DNA from: a virus
Reading direction: 5' to 3' (one strand)
Length of the DNA: 64,000 nucleotides
Virus record (IMG/VR): IMGVR_UViG_3300030090_005562
Location: 1 to 64,000 of that record
Part shown: positions 48,001-56,946 of the stretch, piece after piece
How the letters are laid out: every line of letters starts with the position of its first letter
Position numbering within the stretch: position 1 is the first letter of the stretch
The notes under the pieces: generated by a model
The model's database searches: none
Seen by the model: only the letters and a program-made list of their open reading frames with translations
Told to the model about the DNA's origin: nothing
Made by a program: the position numbers and the translations under genes

Positions 48001-51000
48001 AGCAAAAAGCTGTATTAGAGTCATCTTTTTTAGTAACACACCAAGCAGGTACATTTTGAACATCTTCTGCGCTAGGGGCGCAATTATCAGGAGCCTCATA
48101 TCCAGAAACATAGCAGCCTCTAAAGTATTTGGCTGGTCCGGAAATACCGACTGTTAAAGACTCTGTGACATCTATGCACAAGTGAGTTGCGGTTGCAATT
48201 TTACCATCATTTCCACCTCCATCTACAGGTGCTGAGCCATACTTCTTGCAGCAGTAGCGGTATTCGGGCTTACTATTGGTTGCTGGTACGATATGCGTTG
48301 AGCCCCCATCTGCATGGCAATCTTCAATAAATTTACCTACTTTTGGGTCAGTATCTGGACCATATATTCCACCGGTTGGAACCCCCTCTCCTTCGTCACA
48401 AGAAGGGGCGTCTCCTCCAGGGTCTCCTGGATAGTTGTCTTCTCCACTTGATTCAGGCTCACAGCAGAAATTATAACGCGGTATGGGGGATGATGATGCT
48501 GTTAGTTCAAAGTTGCTCAAATCCTGAACACCAGAAAGCTCTTCCCACCCACCCTTTACAGTTTCTTCTGGACAATCAGGGAAATGTGAATTTGGGTCGG
48601 ATAGCTTGTACATAATAATCGGAAACCCAGGCGGTCCAGGGTTATAAGGAAACCATGTCCATATAGACCATTGAGTTACAGGGGTGGTGGCAATTGCGGT
48701 CGTCCAAAGTCTAATAAAATAGCGACCATCATCTTTTGCCCAAATATTTCTTCCGCCCTCACCGCCAAAGTCTATTGGTGTTCCGTCAGGCTTTGTTGTG
48801 GGATAATTTTCTGGCGCAAGATATTGATATGTACCATTAATTTTGAACACGGAGTCGTTTGGGAATCCAGACGCAGTTATAGTTGTGCTACAATCTAAAG
48901 GGGTTCGAGGCGCCGGTTGTCCCGGAATATGCAAAACAGTTCCACCTCTTTGCTCACACTCTTGTGTAAACTTCACCACATCTTCGTCACCGGTATTACC
49001 ATATATTCCATCTGTTGCCTTTTTGTTGCTTCCACACGCTTCGTTTGTATCCTCTCCGCCTGGAGGAGGAGGATAAAAGTTTGCTGGCCCAGAAGTTTCG
49101 TCTCCGCATATATCATATATCCCACCACAAGCAGCCGTGCCGCATACAACAGGACCAGCACGAGTGGTGCTACTGCAACGGTAATCATCGGATGTAACGT
49201 CGCTGACACCGCAACCGTCAACATAACTCAAAGTGTATGTAACGCTCGGGATACCGCTAGAAAATTCGACGGGCATAGATTTTATATCTAAAAGTGCATA
49301 TATAAAAGAAAGCTCTCCTTCCGGAACATTTTGATTTTCAATCCGAATATTGCAAAAGTCTTTCTTACCCCGTGTTTGTCTACCGACAATCACTATAGCG
49401 TTTTCTTTAAGGCCGCCACCAACCCCAGTATTGCGTTCTATCTGTCTAACAAACTCCACAATGTTGCCTTCTGCAAACGTCAGCATTTCCGGCGGACCAT
49501 CAAAAGCCTGATAATCTGAGAGTGGTATGTCCTGGCCATCAGAGTCGAGAGACCGATAAAAAGAATAACAGCCAGCTAAAGGACCGTCTCCGACAATGCA
49601 AAAAGCCACATCATCTTCGTAATTAGTCGTGCAGCAACCCTCAGACGACAAAAGACACTCTTTGATTGGGACCAGTTCAAATTTGCCGCCTCCATATGAA
49701 GCGATGAAAGAATCGCCTTCTTTATCAAACACCATAGTAAGATTCTCGCGATACGTTAAACTAAAATACCAACTGCCGTACTGCTCGACAAGTGTAATCT
49801 TGGGATTTCCAAAAATCGGGCGAACCTGCACCCAACTCACCGTATCGCCTTCAACATTTCTAGTGTAACACCCTTCAACCAAATCTGAAATTTTTACATT
49901 CGAGCCATCAGGAAGCTCTACTTTATCATTTACCGAAGAAATATCATCCGTTACACAAAATGCTGGAATTTTTTTTATGTTTTCAATATTTTGATTGCAC
50001 GGTATACTACCAATAGTATTCTCGCCCTCTCCTGGAGACAAAGAGTCTCCTTCGCCAGAAGTTGGAGGAGACGCAGAGTCACTCCCACTGCTTGGTTCTT
50101 CTGGAGTTGTCGGCGGTTCTTCCGGAATAGGCGGCGTGCTTTCGTCACAATCGTCAGATTGGCAGCATGTCCCACTAGATATTTGAACATTTGAATTTTG
50201 GTGAGGAATGCTTACTGATTGCCAAGCATAAATGGAGTCGTTTACAGTTGGTGGTGAATCTGAAATAGTACTTCCAAGGTATGGATGGTAAAATAAAACC
50301 GAATGATGATGACCCGAACCCGTGCAGGATGCGTTGGTAAGAGCTGATAATTTACTACTAATATCAGCGGCAGTATCTTTACTGGATATAACACTTTCGT
50401 ATAGCATTGAGATTATCTTCTTATCAAGGCAGAAAAAGTCGAAGGGGAAATAGCCCTCGTCACTATACCGTGCGGTTGATTTGAAAAGGACGGTATCAGC
50501 TGTACCCTGATGAAAATAGTCCGCATCGTCATCGTCTATTTGAGGGGATTTTAGCAGTCCGAGAGACTTAGCTATAGCTTTTCTTATAATTAAATTTCTC
50601 TCGTCCCCTGTTCTATCTTCGTTAATATAAATCTGAGCGCGTGAAAAGTTCTCAGAATCGAAATAATTTCTAACGTCGACGAAAAATCTCTGGTTCGCGG
50701 GCATAAGACCTCTAGCAGCTAGACCGTCGCTGCTATAATAACCTCCATTTCGGTAGCCTTTATTAACAAATTTAAACCTATCCTCGTCGCAAAAAAATAA
50801 ATGAATTGCTCCGGTAGGAGGTTCTGTTCCAGCAGTTTGTCCAGCTGTTGTAACTTCAATAGTTTTTCCAATATCAAGCTTACTAAAGAGAGAGTTTATA
50901 TCTGCAATAACTTTGTTAATCTCGGTTAAATCGTCGGAGGTTGCCCCCTCTATAATGTTTATGTAAACATTTTCATCGGCCCATTTTTTTATTGTTTCCG

Positions 51001-52684
51001 AGGGTTCGTCTTGGATTGCCGCACCCAAAGCTATTCTAGAAAATAACTCTATTTCTTTATCTGTATATTTACGTCCGATAATGTCTTGACCGCTACCGCC
51101 AATAAACCCTATAACCCATACCGGCTCTTTAAAATCTTCATCAACACAGAAGCATTTATTGTAATCGGTTAAAAATATTAGAGGCCTCTCTCCATTAGGG
51201 CCTCTTGTAGTCTCTCCGCAAATATCTGTTTTTTTATAGATAGGTCTGGTGCGGGTTGTATTATAAATAACATCTGTAGCAGTGCTGGTTGTTAGTGATG
51301 ATTTTTGATAAGTTCCATTGAAGAGGTCTGAATTTTCTCCTACAACCCCGCTAACACAAAGAAAATTATTTAAATCTTGTTCATCTTGAGAGCCACCAGG
51401 AACACAAGGATACTCTTCGTTATCTCCTGTTGTCGTTTCATCTCCTTCCTCTACCGGCCCATCATTTCCAGCAGAATCGCTATCTGCATTGTTTGAGCCG
51501 TCTTCTGGATGAGAGGCGCCGTCGCCGCTAGGCGGAGTAAAGGGTGTAGAGCCTTCTCCATCGGAAGGCGGCTCTGATGAGTTTTCTTCTTCTGGCGGGC
51601 TGTCTGCGTGTGGGCATGCATTAACTGTAAGCTTATATTCAATGAGGCCACCACTCCCAGCGGGTGGAAACAAATCAACCTCCGCTGGATTTCTAACTGT
51701 CGTCGATTCAGACACCGCCACTACGGTTCTATCAGAACTCGCATCTGTTTTTTTATATAGTGTCCATATATCCTCCTCCCTAATCAATCCGTTTTCTGGA
51801 ATGAGCGAATATATGGGATATTGGCCGCTGCATCGTTCGAGTTCCGTGGACTCGAAAGGACAACTGTAATAAATACATCTGCTTACGCCAAGACTTTGGC
51901 TATAAACTGGCTTAGGATGGCCTGGAACAGTAACTCTAAAGAAGGCGCCCTCTGAATCAGCTAAGCTATTTTCCACATCGGGCTCATTCAAAAACTTTAT
52001 AAACATTCTAACTTTATAAGGAGCGTTGCCGCATGTAGGGCTGCCAAGGGGAATTGGAGGTCCCGATAAACTAGCGTTAAAAGTAGCGATATGATTTTTA
52101 TATCTAATTGTAATTTTCGCTACGGCACTTTCTCCAGGATGATAAAGATATGCATAGACAACTGCGGTTCTATCTCCAGAGCTTCTTGCAATTTGCTCTC
52201 CGTTTATAAACATAAATTCTCTTTGCTCGCCGTTCTCAAGAAAAGCGTCAGAGAGATTCATGAAATAACTCAGATTTTTTTGATACATGAAAGACTCTAC
52301 AACGTGCGTGCGAAAGCTACCGGCGTCCAAGTGTGGTAGAATTTGTTTCCACTCTGTTAAAGAAACCCAAAGAGGTTTTTGAGGTTCTACATCTCCTGTA
52401 AACCAATCAAAGTTCGGATATCCTGGATTTCCTAAGTCGTCGACTAAACACTGACCCGCTTGTTCCCCTAGATATTCAGCCTCTAACTGCAAATCGGAGT
52501 GGCTTTCACTATCAAGGAGTTGCGCTTCAATCCTTGCGGTTGCAGGAAATGAATCTGGCGGCAGGGGGGTTCTGTATGCGCCTCGTGCTGTCAAAGTTTT
52601 TTTCAATTGTCCAGTTGAATCTGTTAAACATAAATATGGTCTCTCGTAGCATCCAAAGCTTAAATCATCAGATTCATGAACCAT
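45056..52684 (-). CDS. Giant (2542 aa) multidomain putative virion/tail-fibre adhesin
   Basis: Cys-rich repeats, acidic Pro/Ser linkers, two DUF2927-like domains (EELTQVLG), LamG-like domain (VSFWFK...WTH...DLVKVW), Thr-rich tail. Confidence 0.7.
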   Translation of the reverse strand: MVHESDDLSFGCYERPYLCLTDSTGQLKKTLTARGAYRTPLPPDSFPATARIEAQLLDSESHSDLQLEAEYLGEQAGQCLVDDLGNPGYPNFDWFTGDVEPQKPLWVSLTEWKQILPHLDAGSFRTHVVESFMYQKNLSYFMNLSDAFLENGEQREFMFINGEQIARSSGDRTAVVYAYLYHPGESAVAKITIRYKNHIATFNASLSGPPIPLGSPTCGNAPYKVRMFIKFLNEPDVENSLADSEGAFFRVTVPGHPKPVYSQSLGVSRCIYYSCPFESTELERCSGQYPIYSLIPENGLIREEDIWTLYKKTDASSDRTVVAVSESTTVRNPAEVDLFPPAGSGGLIEYKLTVNACPHADSPPEEENSSEPPSDGEGSTPFTPPSGDGASHPEDGSNNADSDSAGNDGPVEEGDETTTGDNEEYPCVPGGSQDEQDLNNFLCVSGVVGENSDLFNGTYQKSSLTTSTATDVIYNTTRTRPIYKKTDICGETTRGPNGERPLIFLTDYNKCFCVDEDFKEPVWVIGFIGGSGQDIIGRKYTDKEIELFSRIALGAAIQDEPSETIKKWADENVYINIIEGATSDDLTEINKVIADINSLFSKLDIGKTIEVTTAGQTAGTEPPTGAIHLFFCDEDRFKFVNKGYRNGGYYSSDGLAARGLMPANQRFFVDVRNYFDSENFSRAQIYINEDRTGDERNLIIRKAIAKSLGLLKSPQIDDDDADYFHQGTADTVLFKSTARYSDEGYFPFDFFCLDKKIISMLYESVISSKDTAADISSKLSALTNASCTGSGHHHSVLFYHPYLGSTISDSPPTVNDSIYAWQSVSIPHQNSNVQISSGTCCQSDDCDESTPPIPEEPPTTPEEPSSGSDSASPPTSGEGDSLSPGEGENTIGSIPCNQNIENIKKIPAFCVTDDISSVNDKVELPDGSNVKISDLVEGCYTRNVEGDTVSWVQVRPIFGNPKITLVEQYGSWYFSLTYRENLTMVFDKEGDSFIASYGGGKFELVPIKECLLSSEGCCTTNYEDDVAFCIVGDGPLAGCYSFYRSLDSDGQDIPLSDYQAFDGPPEMLTFAEGNIVEFVRQIERNTGVGGGLKENAIVIVGRQTRGKKDFCNIRIENQNVPEGELSFIYALLDIKSMPVEFSSGIPSVTYTLSYVDGCGVSDVTSDDYRCSSTTRAGPVVCGTAACGGIYDICGDETSGPANFYPPPPGGEDTNEACGSNKKATDGIYGNTGDEDVVKFTQECEQRGGTVLHIPGQPAPRTPLDCSTTITASGFPNDSVFKINGTYQYLAPENYPTTKPDGTPIDFGGEGGRNIWAKDDGRYFIRLWTTAIATTPVTQWSIWTWFPYNPGPPGFPIIMYKLSDPNSHFPDCPEETVKGGWEELSGVQDLSNFELTASSSPIPRYNFCCEPESSGEDNYPGDPGGDAPSCDEGEGVPTGGIYGPDTDPKVGKFIEDCHADGGSTHIVPATNSKPEYRYCCKKYGSAPVDGGGNDGKIATATHLCIDVTESLTVGISGPAKYFRGCYVSGYEAPDNCAPSAEDVQNVPAWCVTKKDDSNTAFCLEPRTASGAIVTPKIWERPGETNITVEEVTILPGAEDPVVLQHNFGEASGPVTLSIIANSDNASSWVGTYAGVQWVFQALNECGGLQVGGVACGSTKKLSSPCDDKTNNPNGKGSPWNKRDGGSYRVAHEGGTWYLYGPEFSYDQNAVQGPEVDPAKGTSRLYATSTDNDISDGITNWVPSNQILNHHNITERVQASSFEFLRLRVVGPECCDELVGDNAGNIPPSVAADPVDDEGNTIGAGEGTGGPNSYGSIRGCIDEKFEVCIEEACGTNELGAGIPPEPALIDNELPHFQTVCGGTELEGAAAPVRRFKKTNVPVKALWYDDDGNEINAIAEDVQTLKTTISKLNELMSKGGEGPTLVYTTGTVSLFNGAIIVIFSEVEKFNEIFQNALGQSPGMPAGTAGFYRQLYAPGADANKFIKSGFVWVGNNDPSPVEHPVRRKSVTMEELTQVLGMGQDVEKYCDGRDATDSIFYQFKNQILESSPTSFSPEDQYVIKTLHKSYVTPGKPSHLVAKDIREQENREETNCNPQAQAQETIPANNFSPCACYEFEARGCESIGQELQPHHLTGVNGGVAPAGNGNKDLVSFGSAQTPRGYHVYPDGNGHFSDFTNVSAKFDGTAFFTSKSGQEENLCWNMAESHGGTWGRGVGPPIARQIDGYPHKHGYGVAVSFWFKKTGAPSGKMEGVVTHCYGMGQNGEYPQTLGGWGVFYKNGKLIFVVSSEGDSGTEYISVPEKQGGTQYGSIDASDEWTHYFFWHNANDKEANEAEGGQGKNGIIGLVEHQGQDTIVHIQPVDGKHDRAFSAAAGAEFAIGVNKFQGATNPLNNAEIDLVKVWDNVAEKQKMLQIHHADYNEGKGRSCAKGLAACVGQNFDAGDREANTVDTSTQSNVVEGHYPVFENEETAKINSPVHRADKVEISGKTYYMPQGLVLGETIFMGDYGSDGGGGGGASSTSTTTTTTSSTTTTTSSDDGGTTTTSY
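45117..45163. repeat. (GTT)6 and (CCT)n microsatellites coding poly-Thr/poly-Gly
   Basis: Directly visible at 45117-45134 and 45148-45163. Confidence 0.85.
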
Positions 52685-52685
52685 T

Positions 52686-54323
52686 TTAAATACCCTCCCA
52701 AGCAGTTCCGGATAAATCGCATCTATTGATGGCGTCTAATAAAACACAGACTGGGTGAGGCACGTACTCTAAAACTTCAATTTTCAATCTTGTTGTTCTT
52801 GGAAGTTCTTCAGGAAAAGAAATCATAGCGTCATTTAATTCTGGAACAGACCTATCCCAGCTATTTTGCGTCCTTACTCTATAATATGGAACGTCTTGAA
52901 CTCCATGCTGTGTATAATCTGGAAGGCCTATCAAATTTTTAACCTCACACATATCAAACGCTTCAAGCTTTGGTATAGTAATTGGATAGTCCCATTTTGC
53001 ATTAGTAACAACAAAATTTTTATATCTACTTATATCTGAGTTATAGAAATTGCTTAGAGAGCCATTTTCACAGAAAGGAACATAAACCTCATTAAGGTCA
53101 TTGACGCTGCTAGTTTGTGGTATTTGTATCCATCTTGGTTTCGTCGCCTTTAAAGCGTACTTAACTCTAAGTTGGGATGGTTCCTGATTCTGTCCATCCT
53201 GCTCTTCTTCAACATCAAGATAAACATTTAAATCTCCAATGCGACTGCCGTCTCGTGCAACTGCGTAAGAAAGAGTTGGATTTGAACCAAGCTGAATAAA
53301 TTCTGTTCGTAGGAAAAAGCCTCTGCCATAGGCCCTATTTGCGCTGCCTTGCCCGTCTGCTGAAGTTTCTGCATAAAGATAATAGTCGCCACTGTTACCT
53401 GTTTCTAGACCAGTGTTACTACTGGGCGTGCCTCCGCTGTCTCGATTCCACCTTCCATTATTAGTGGCGGTCTCTATCGGAACCCAGTCAACGTCGTCGT
53501 AACTAGAAATATCTCCATACTTATCTATGACATCGGTCCCCACTCCACTACCGTCGCTGGTTTCCCATCCTTCGGGCACTCCATTTTCAAATGAATAATT
53601 TGTTCCATCAATGTTTATATCGTCTAGTTGTAAATCAGCCCTAAAAGTGAAACCTTCAGACTGTTGAACGTAATGAAAAACAAGTTTAACTTTTTTGTTA
53701 CTGTAACTAGAAAGGCCAGAGACCGTCCTAGTCTCCCAAACCCTGGCGGTTGTTCCAGGCAAAGAATCTAAAGACTCTGTTAACCCTCCTGGCTCTGTAG
53801 ACGGACATCGCTCATAAAGCGGATTTGGTATCCACATAGCAGGGTGAATCATCCATCTAAATACCCACTTTGGAGTATTGTAAGTGCTATCTAGAGTGAG
53901 GAAGAAGTCAGAGCGATTTGTTCCGTCCCAGTAACCATTAACCCTTGAGCCCCTGTAAACACTCCAATCATAAACATTATTTGGAATATGATAGTCTGGG
54001 AAAACAAATGGAAAGTCTGTTGGGGCTAAGCTCTCTTTGAGATAATATGTAGTTACAGGAGATATGTTAAAGGAAACTCTTTCTTGAAGTATCCTGCAAG
54101 ACATAAATGCTGTTTCACCCCTACCCTGCTCATCTCTTGATTGATATAAGTTTCTAGCGTGAGAGCCTGTAATGTAATCAATGTATTTTTCAAGCTCGTC
54201 TTTATTTACGGCCTCATAAATACCCATTGGGTACATATCAGTTCTATTTGCAAGTGGTATAGGGTCTCCAGGACTTTCATCGTGAGTGACCCTTATTTTA
54301 GTAGGCACTCTAATTTCTGACAC
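52686..54323 (-). CDS. Putative virion protein containing a MAM-like domain
   Basis: WNRDSGGTPSSNTG...YYLYAETS and DLQLDDI MAM motifs. Confidence 0.7.
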   Translation of the reverse strand: MSEIRVPTKIRVTHDESPGDPIPLANRTDMYPMGIYEAVNKDELEKYIDYITGSHARNLYQSRDEQGRGETAFMSCRILQERVSFNISPVTTYYLKESLAPTDFPFVFPDYHIPNNVYDWSVYRGSRVNGYWDGTNRSDFFLTLDSTYNTPKWVFRWMIHPAMWIPNPLYERCPSTEPGGLTESLDSLPGTTARVWETRTVSGLSSYSNKKVKLVFHYVQQSEGFTFRADLQLDDINIDGTNYSFENGVPEGWETSDGSGVGTDVIDKYGDISSYDDVDWVPIETATNNGRWNRDSGGTPSSNTGLETGNSGDYYLYAETSADGQGSANRAYGRGFFLRTEFIQLGSNPTLSYAVARDGSRIGDLNVYLDVEEEQDGQNQEPSQLRVKYALKATKPRWIQIPQTSSVNDLNEVYVPFCENGSLSNFYNSDISRYKNFVVTNAKWDYPITIPKLEAFDMCEVKNLIGLPDYTQHGVQDVPYYRVRTQNSWDRSVPELNDAMISFPEELPRTTRLKIEVLEYVPHPVCVLLDAINRCDLSGTAWEGI

Positions 54324-54333
54324 AGTAAATCCT

Positions 54334-54975
54334 CTATAGATATTCTAAAGAGAAGAATAAGCCATATTGAGTTTTATTACCAATAGAATCAGGGCTAGCA
54401 GAAATAGCTGCATACCAATCATGTCTAGCAGACTGTTTAGTTGATATAACGCTAACGCCATCTCCCGCATAAAAGCCGCTAATTCCAGGAGAGTTGGCAA
54501 ATGCCGCAACAACACCAGAGCCTTTAGGCGTTATCCATTGGCTGTCTCCAGAGCCAGTGGCAAACTGTGTTACTCTAGGGTGAATAATTTCAGCAACTTT
54601 AGTCGTTACACCAGACGCAGGATTGTTAATGTTAGTTCTGTCGTATATTCTCATCTCACAGTTTTGCGTTTTAACTTTACTTGAGTGAGTGAATCTAATG
54701 TTTAGAGTCGCTTGATAATTTGGAATTGCTTGAAGGCCTATTCCGCTCGACGCAGCGCCAATAATACCGCTGCCAATATTCAAAAACTTTATGTTTTGAG
54801 CTTGGGCGCCTTTTGTTGCTCCTGTGCCATCAGACACAAAAGTTGTCCCTTGATAAGCTCCAACTTCAACACTAGAGCCAAATCCAGCACTGCCAAAAAA
54901 AGCAAGTCCTGAGCCGCCTAGTTTTAAGTCATAATCAAAGCCTGTTTGATTTATAAGAAAGTCTATTTGTGCCAT
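54334..54975 (-). CDS. Putative virion structural protein
   Basis: Gly/Ser-rich beta protein, AGGAGA RBS, preceded by the TGGTGTATA motif. Confidence 0.6.
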   Translation of the reverse strand: MAQIDFLINQTGFDYDLKLGGSGLAFFGSAGFGSSVEVGAYQGTTFVSDGTGATKGAQAQNIKFLNIGSGIIGAASSGIGLQAIPNYQATLNIRFTHSSKVKTQNCEMRIYDRTNINNPASGVTTKVAEIIHPRVTQFATGSGDSQWITPKGSGVVAAFANSPGISGFYAGDGVSVISTKQSARHDWYAAISASPDSIGNKTQYGLFFSLEYL

Positions 54976-55000
54976 TTTAAAATATCTCCTGTTATGGGAA

Positions 55001-55009
55001 TATACACCA
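55001..55009 (-). promoter_or_regulatory. Candidate late promoter TGGTGTATA
   Basis: Identical 9-mer at 62871-62879. Both copies lie at gaps upstream of RBS + ATG. Confidence 0.45.
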
Positions 55010-55010
55010 T

Positions 55011-55253
55011 TTATTGTTGTTTAGGCCATTTGTTCTCAGGGCAGTCTTCACTTCTCCACCAAGCCTTTTTTGAAAGAACACAGCCGCATTTAATGCATTC
55101 GCCGTCTTTGTGATATTCGCAGGCGTTGCACGCATTTAATCTCTCTATATATTGTTCTAATGATACATCTTTAAATCCATCTTCAGCATGTTTTTTAACA
55201 GCTTTTGCAAAATTTGTTGCTTTTTTTATTATTCCTGGTTTATTATCATTCAT
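55011..55253 (-). CDS. Small Cys-rich protein (DUF6171-like)
   Basis: RLNACNACE...CIKCGC..KA....CP.NKW, AGGAGA RBS. Confidence 0.7.
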   Translation of the reverse strand: MNDNKPGIIKKATNFAKAVKKHAEDGFKDVSLEQYIERLNACNACEYHKDGECIKCGCVLSKKAWWRSEDCPENKWPKQQ

Positions 55254-55284
55254 TTTTTTTCTCCTCTTGTTTAAGTGCCCCAGT

Positions 55285-56937
55285 TTAAGGGTTTAAATAA
55301 CAATATTCTTTTGTAGGAACTTTTTTATGTGATGAATAATCAGTCGGATTCTCAACGCAGGGAGGGGTTCTCCATCCACCCAATCCTCCTTCGAGGAGTT
55401 TTGAAGACATGAAAGCGGGGTCATGAAAGAATATGGTCTTTTGACTAAACGGCTCCTGTTCAGCCCCGTCTAATAAAAGATTGACATTTAAACATTTATT
55501 ATAGTCTGCAATTAGACACCAATAATCGTAAACTCTATATTCTGGCTCAACCCAGCCAGGAACAGGAACTATATCTCCCTCATAAGGCCAAAGAATATTT
55601 CCAAATTTTTCACTTTCATAGACTTTTCTTGTTGGCGGACAGTCTTCGTTCTCTAAAGCTCTATCCCAATATCTTAACCACCTTGGATTGGCATTACTTG
55701 GTTGTTCAGGAAGTCTGCCTCCTCCAGTCCATCCTATCCAGCATGGGTCGTAAACGCAAGTAGGGGTATCCCTGGTAACACTTGCAACTGGGTTCAACTC
55801 TTCCTCTCCTGTGTTCTCATTCTTTTCTTTCTTAAACAATCCGGAGTCCTCTTTGCATTTATCACTAATGTCTGGTGATGGGCATTTTGGAAAAATCTTT
55901 TTAAGACCATCTTGAAACCAAAGCAATTCACTCCACAGTCCTTTAGAGCTAGAGTTACAATTTGGCTCAGGCTGAACATTATATTCTGGGTCTCCTGGGT
56001 CTTCCATATTTGTATATCGCATCTCATATGAGGTAAAATCCCAAGAAACTCCCCTATTTGAACCGTGAGAACCAAGGTCTCTCCAAGCGTCTGATGCAGA
56101 AGCCGGTGTGTCAAAAGCAGTGGCGGAAGGGCTTTCTAAGTTTCTATCACTGCAATAATTGGTTGAACAATCTCTTGCTTCTGAAAACTGAACGTTTGCG
56201 GCCCTTGTTTCCATACCATAGCTGCTATAACCGACCGCAGTTCTTGCGCAGTTGTGGGTTTTCTCGTCAGGTTGATTTACACCCATGAAATCTTTTAAAA
56301 ATTTTTCAAAATTTTCTGACCAATATGTTGTTGGTAAAAATTCACTAGGTCCGCCATATGCCTCAGAGCCCGCCTCGCAAGGATGGCAAGGAACGTCTCT
56401 TCCGCAGTCTTGGTATTCACACGCAGGCGGTACGCCATCTGCGGGAACCTTAGTGACAGGAGCAGGGTTGGCACATTCACTAATAAAATTTCCTGTTAAT
56501 ATATTACATTGCGGAAAGCTAGCAATCAAGTCAGTTCCAGCTATATTTCCCTCACACTGTTCGCTTCCTCCAATAAAGGCGTTGCGTGACGCAGCTGATG
56601 CTGGATGAGAGCCGTTTGTAAGTATAGCTTTAATTACTGGATACGAAGAAACTGAAGAGTTGGTTCTATGGCCTTGAACTGGACCTAAAGAAATGACTGT
56701 GCTACACCAGCCTCCGTTTACGCCTCCATTAGCAAGCTGCCAATAATGATGAGCATCCCAGCAATCTCCTTGTGCTATTGCGTCTGCAAGAGGCATTGTC
56801 CTTTGGCCTGGAACTAAATGAAAAGAGTTTGGTGTAAAAGAAAACCTTCCACTTTCCATATACTGAGTTTTAACTTCCCCTGAAGCTGAAGGAGCCTTAC
56901 ACCAAGAGGCTATATGTGGTTGACATAAATTTGACAT
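55285..56937 (-). CDS. Cys/Trp-rich hypothetical protein, putative virion component
   Basis: 550 aa with more than 20 Cys, in the structural block. Confidence 0.6.
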   Translation of the reverse strand: MSNLCQPHIASWCKAPSASGEVKTQYMESGRFSFTPNSFHLVPGQRTMPLADAIAQGDCWDAHHYWQLANGGVNGGWCSTVISLGPVQGHRTNSSVSSYPVIKAILTNGSHPASAASRNAFIGGSEQCEGNIAGTDLIASFPQCNILTGNFISECANPAPVTKVPADGVPPACEYQDCGRDVPCHPCEAGSEAYGGPSEFLPTTYWSENFEKFLKDFMGVNQPDEKTHNCARTAVGYSSYGMETRAANVQFSEARDCSTNYCSDRNLESPSATAFDTPASASDAWRDLGSHGSNRGVSWDFTSYEMRYTNMEDPGDPEYNVQPEPNCNSSSKGLWSELLWFQDGLKKIFPKCPSPDISDKCKEDSGLFKKEKNENTGEEELNPVASVTRDTPTCVYDPCWIGWTGGGRLPEQPSNANPRWLRYWDRALENEDCPPTRKVYESEKFGNILWPYEGDIVPVPGWVEPEYRVYDYWCLIADYNKCLNVNLLLDGAEQEPFSQKTIFFHDPAFMSSKLLEGGLGGWRTPPCVENPTDYSSHKKVPTKEYCYLNP

Positions 56938-56946
56938 TTTTTATCC

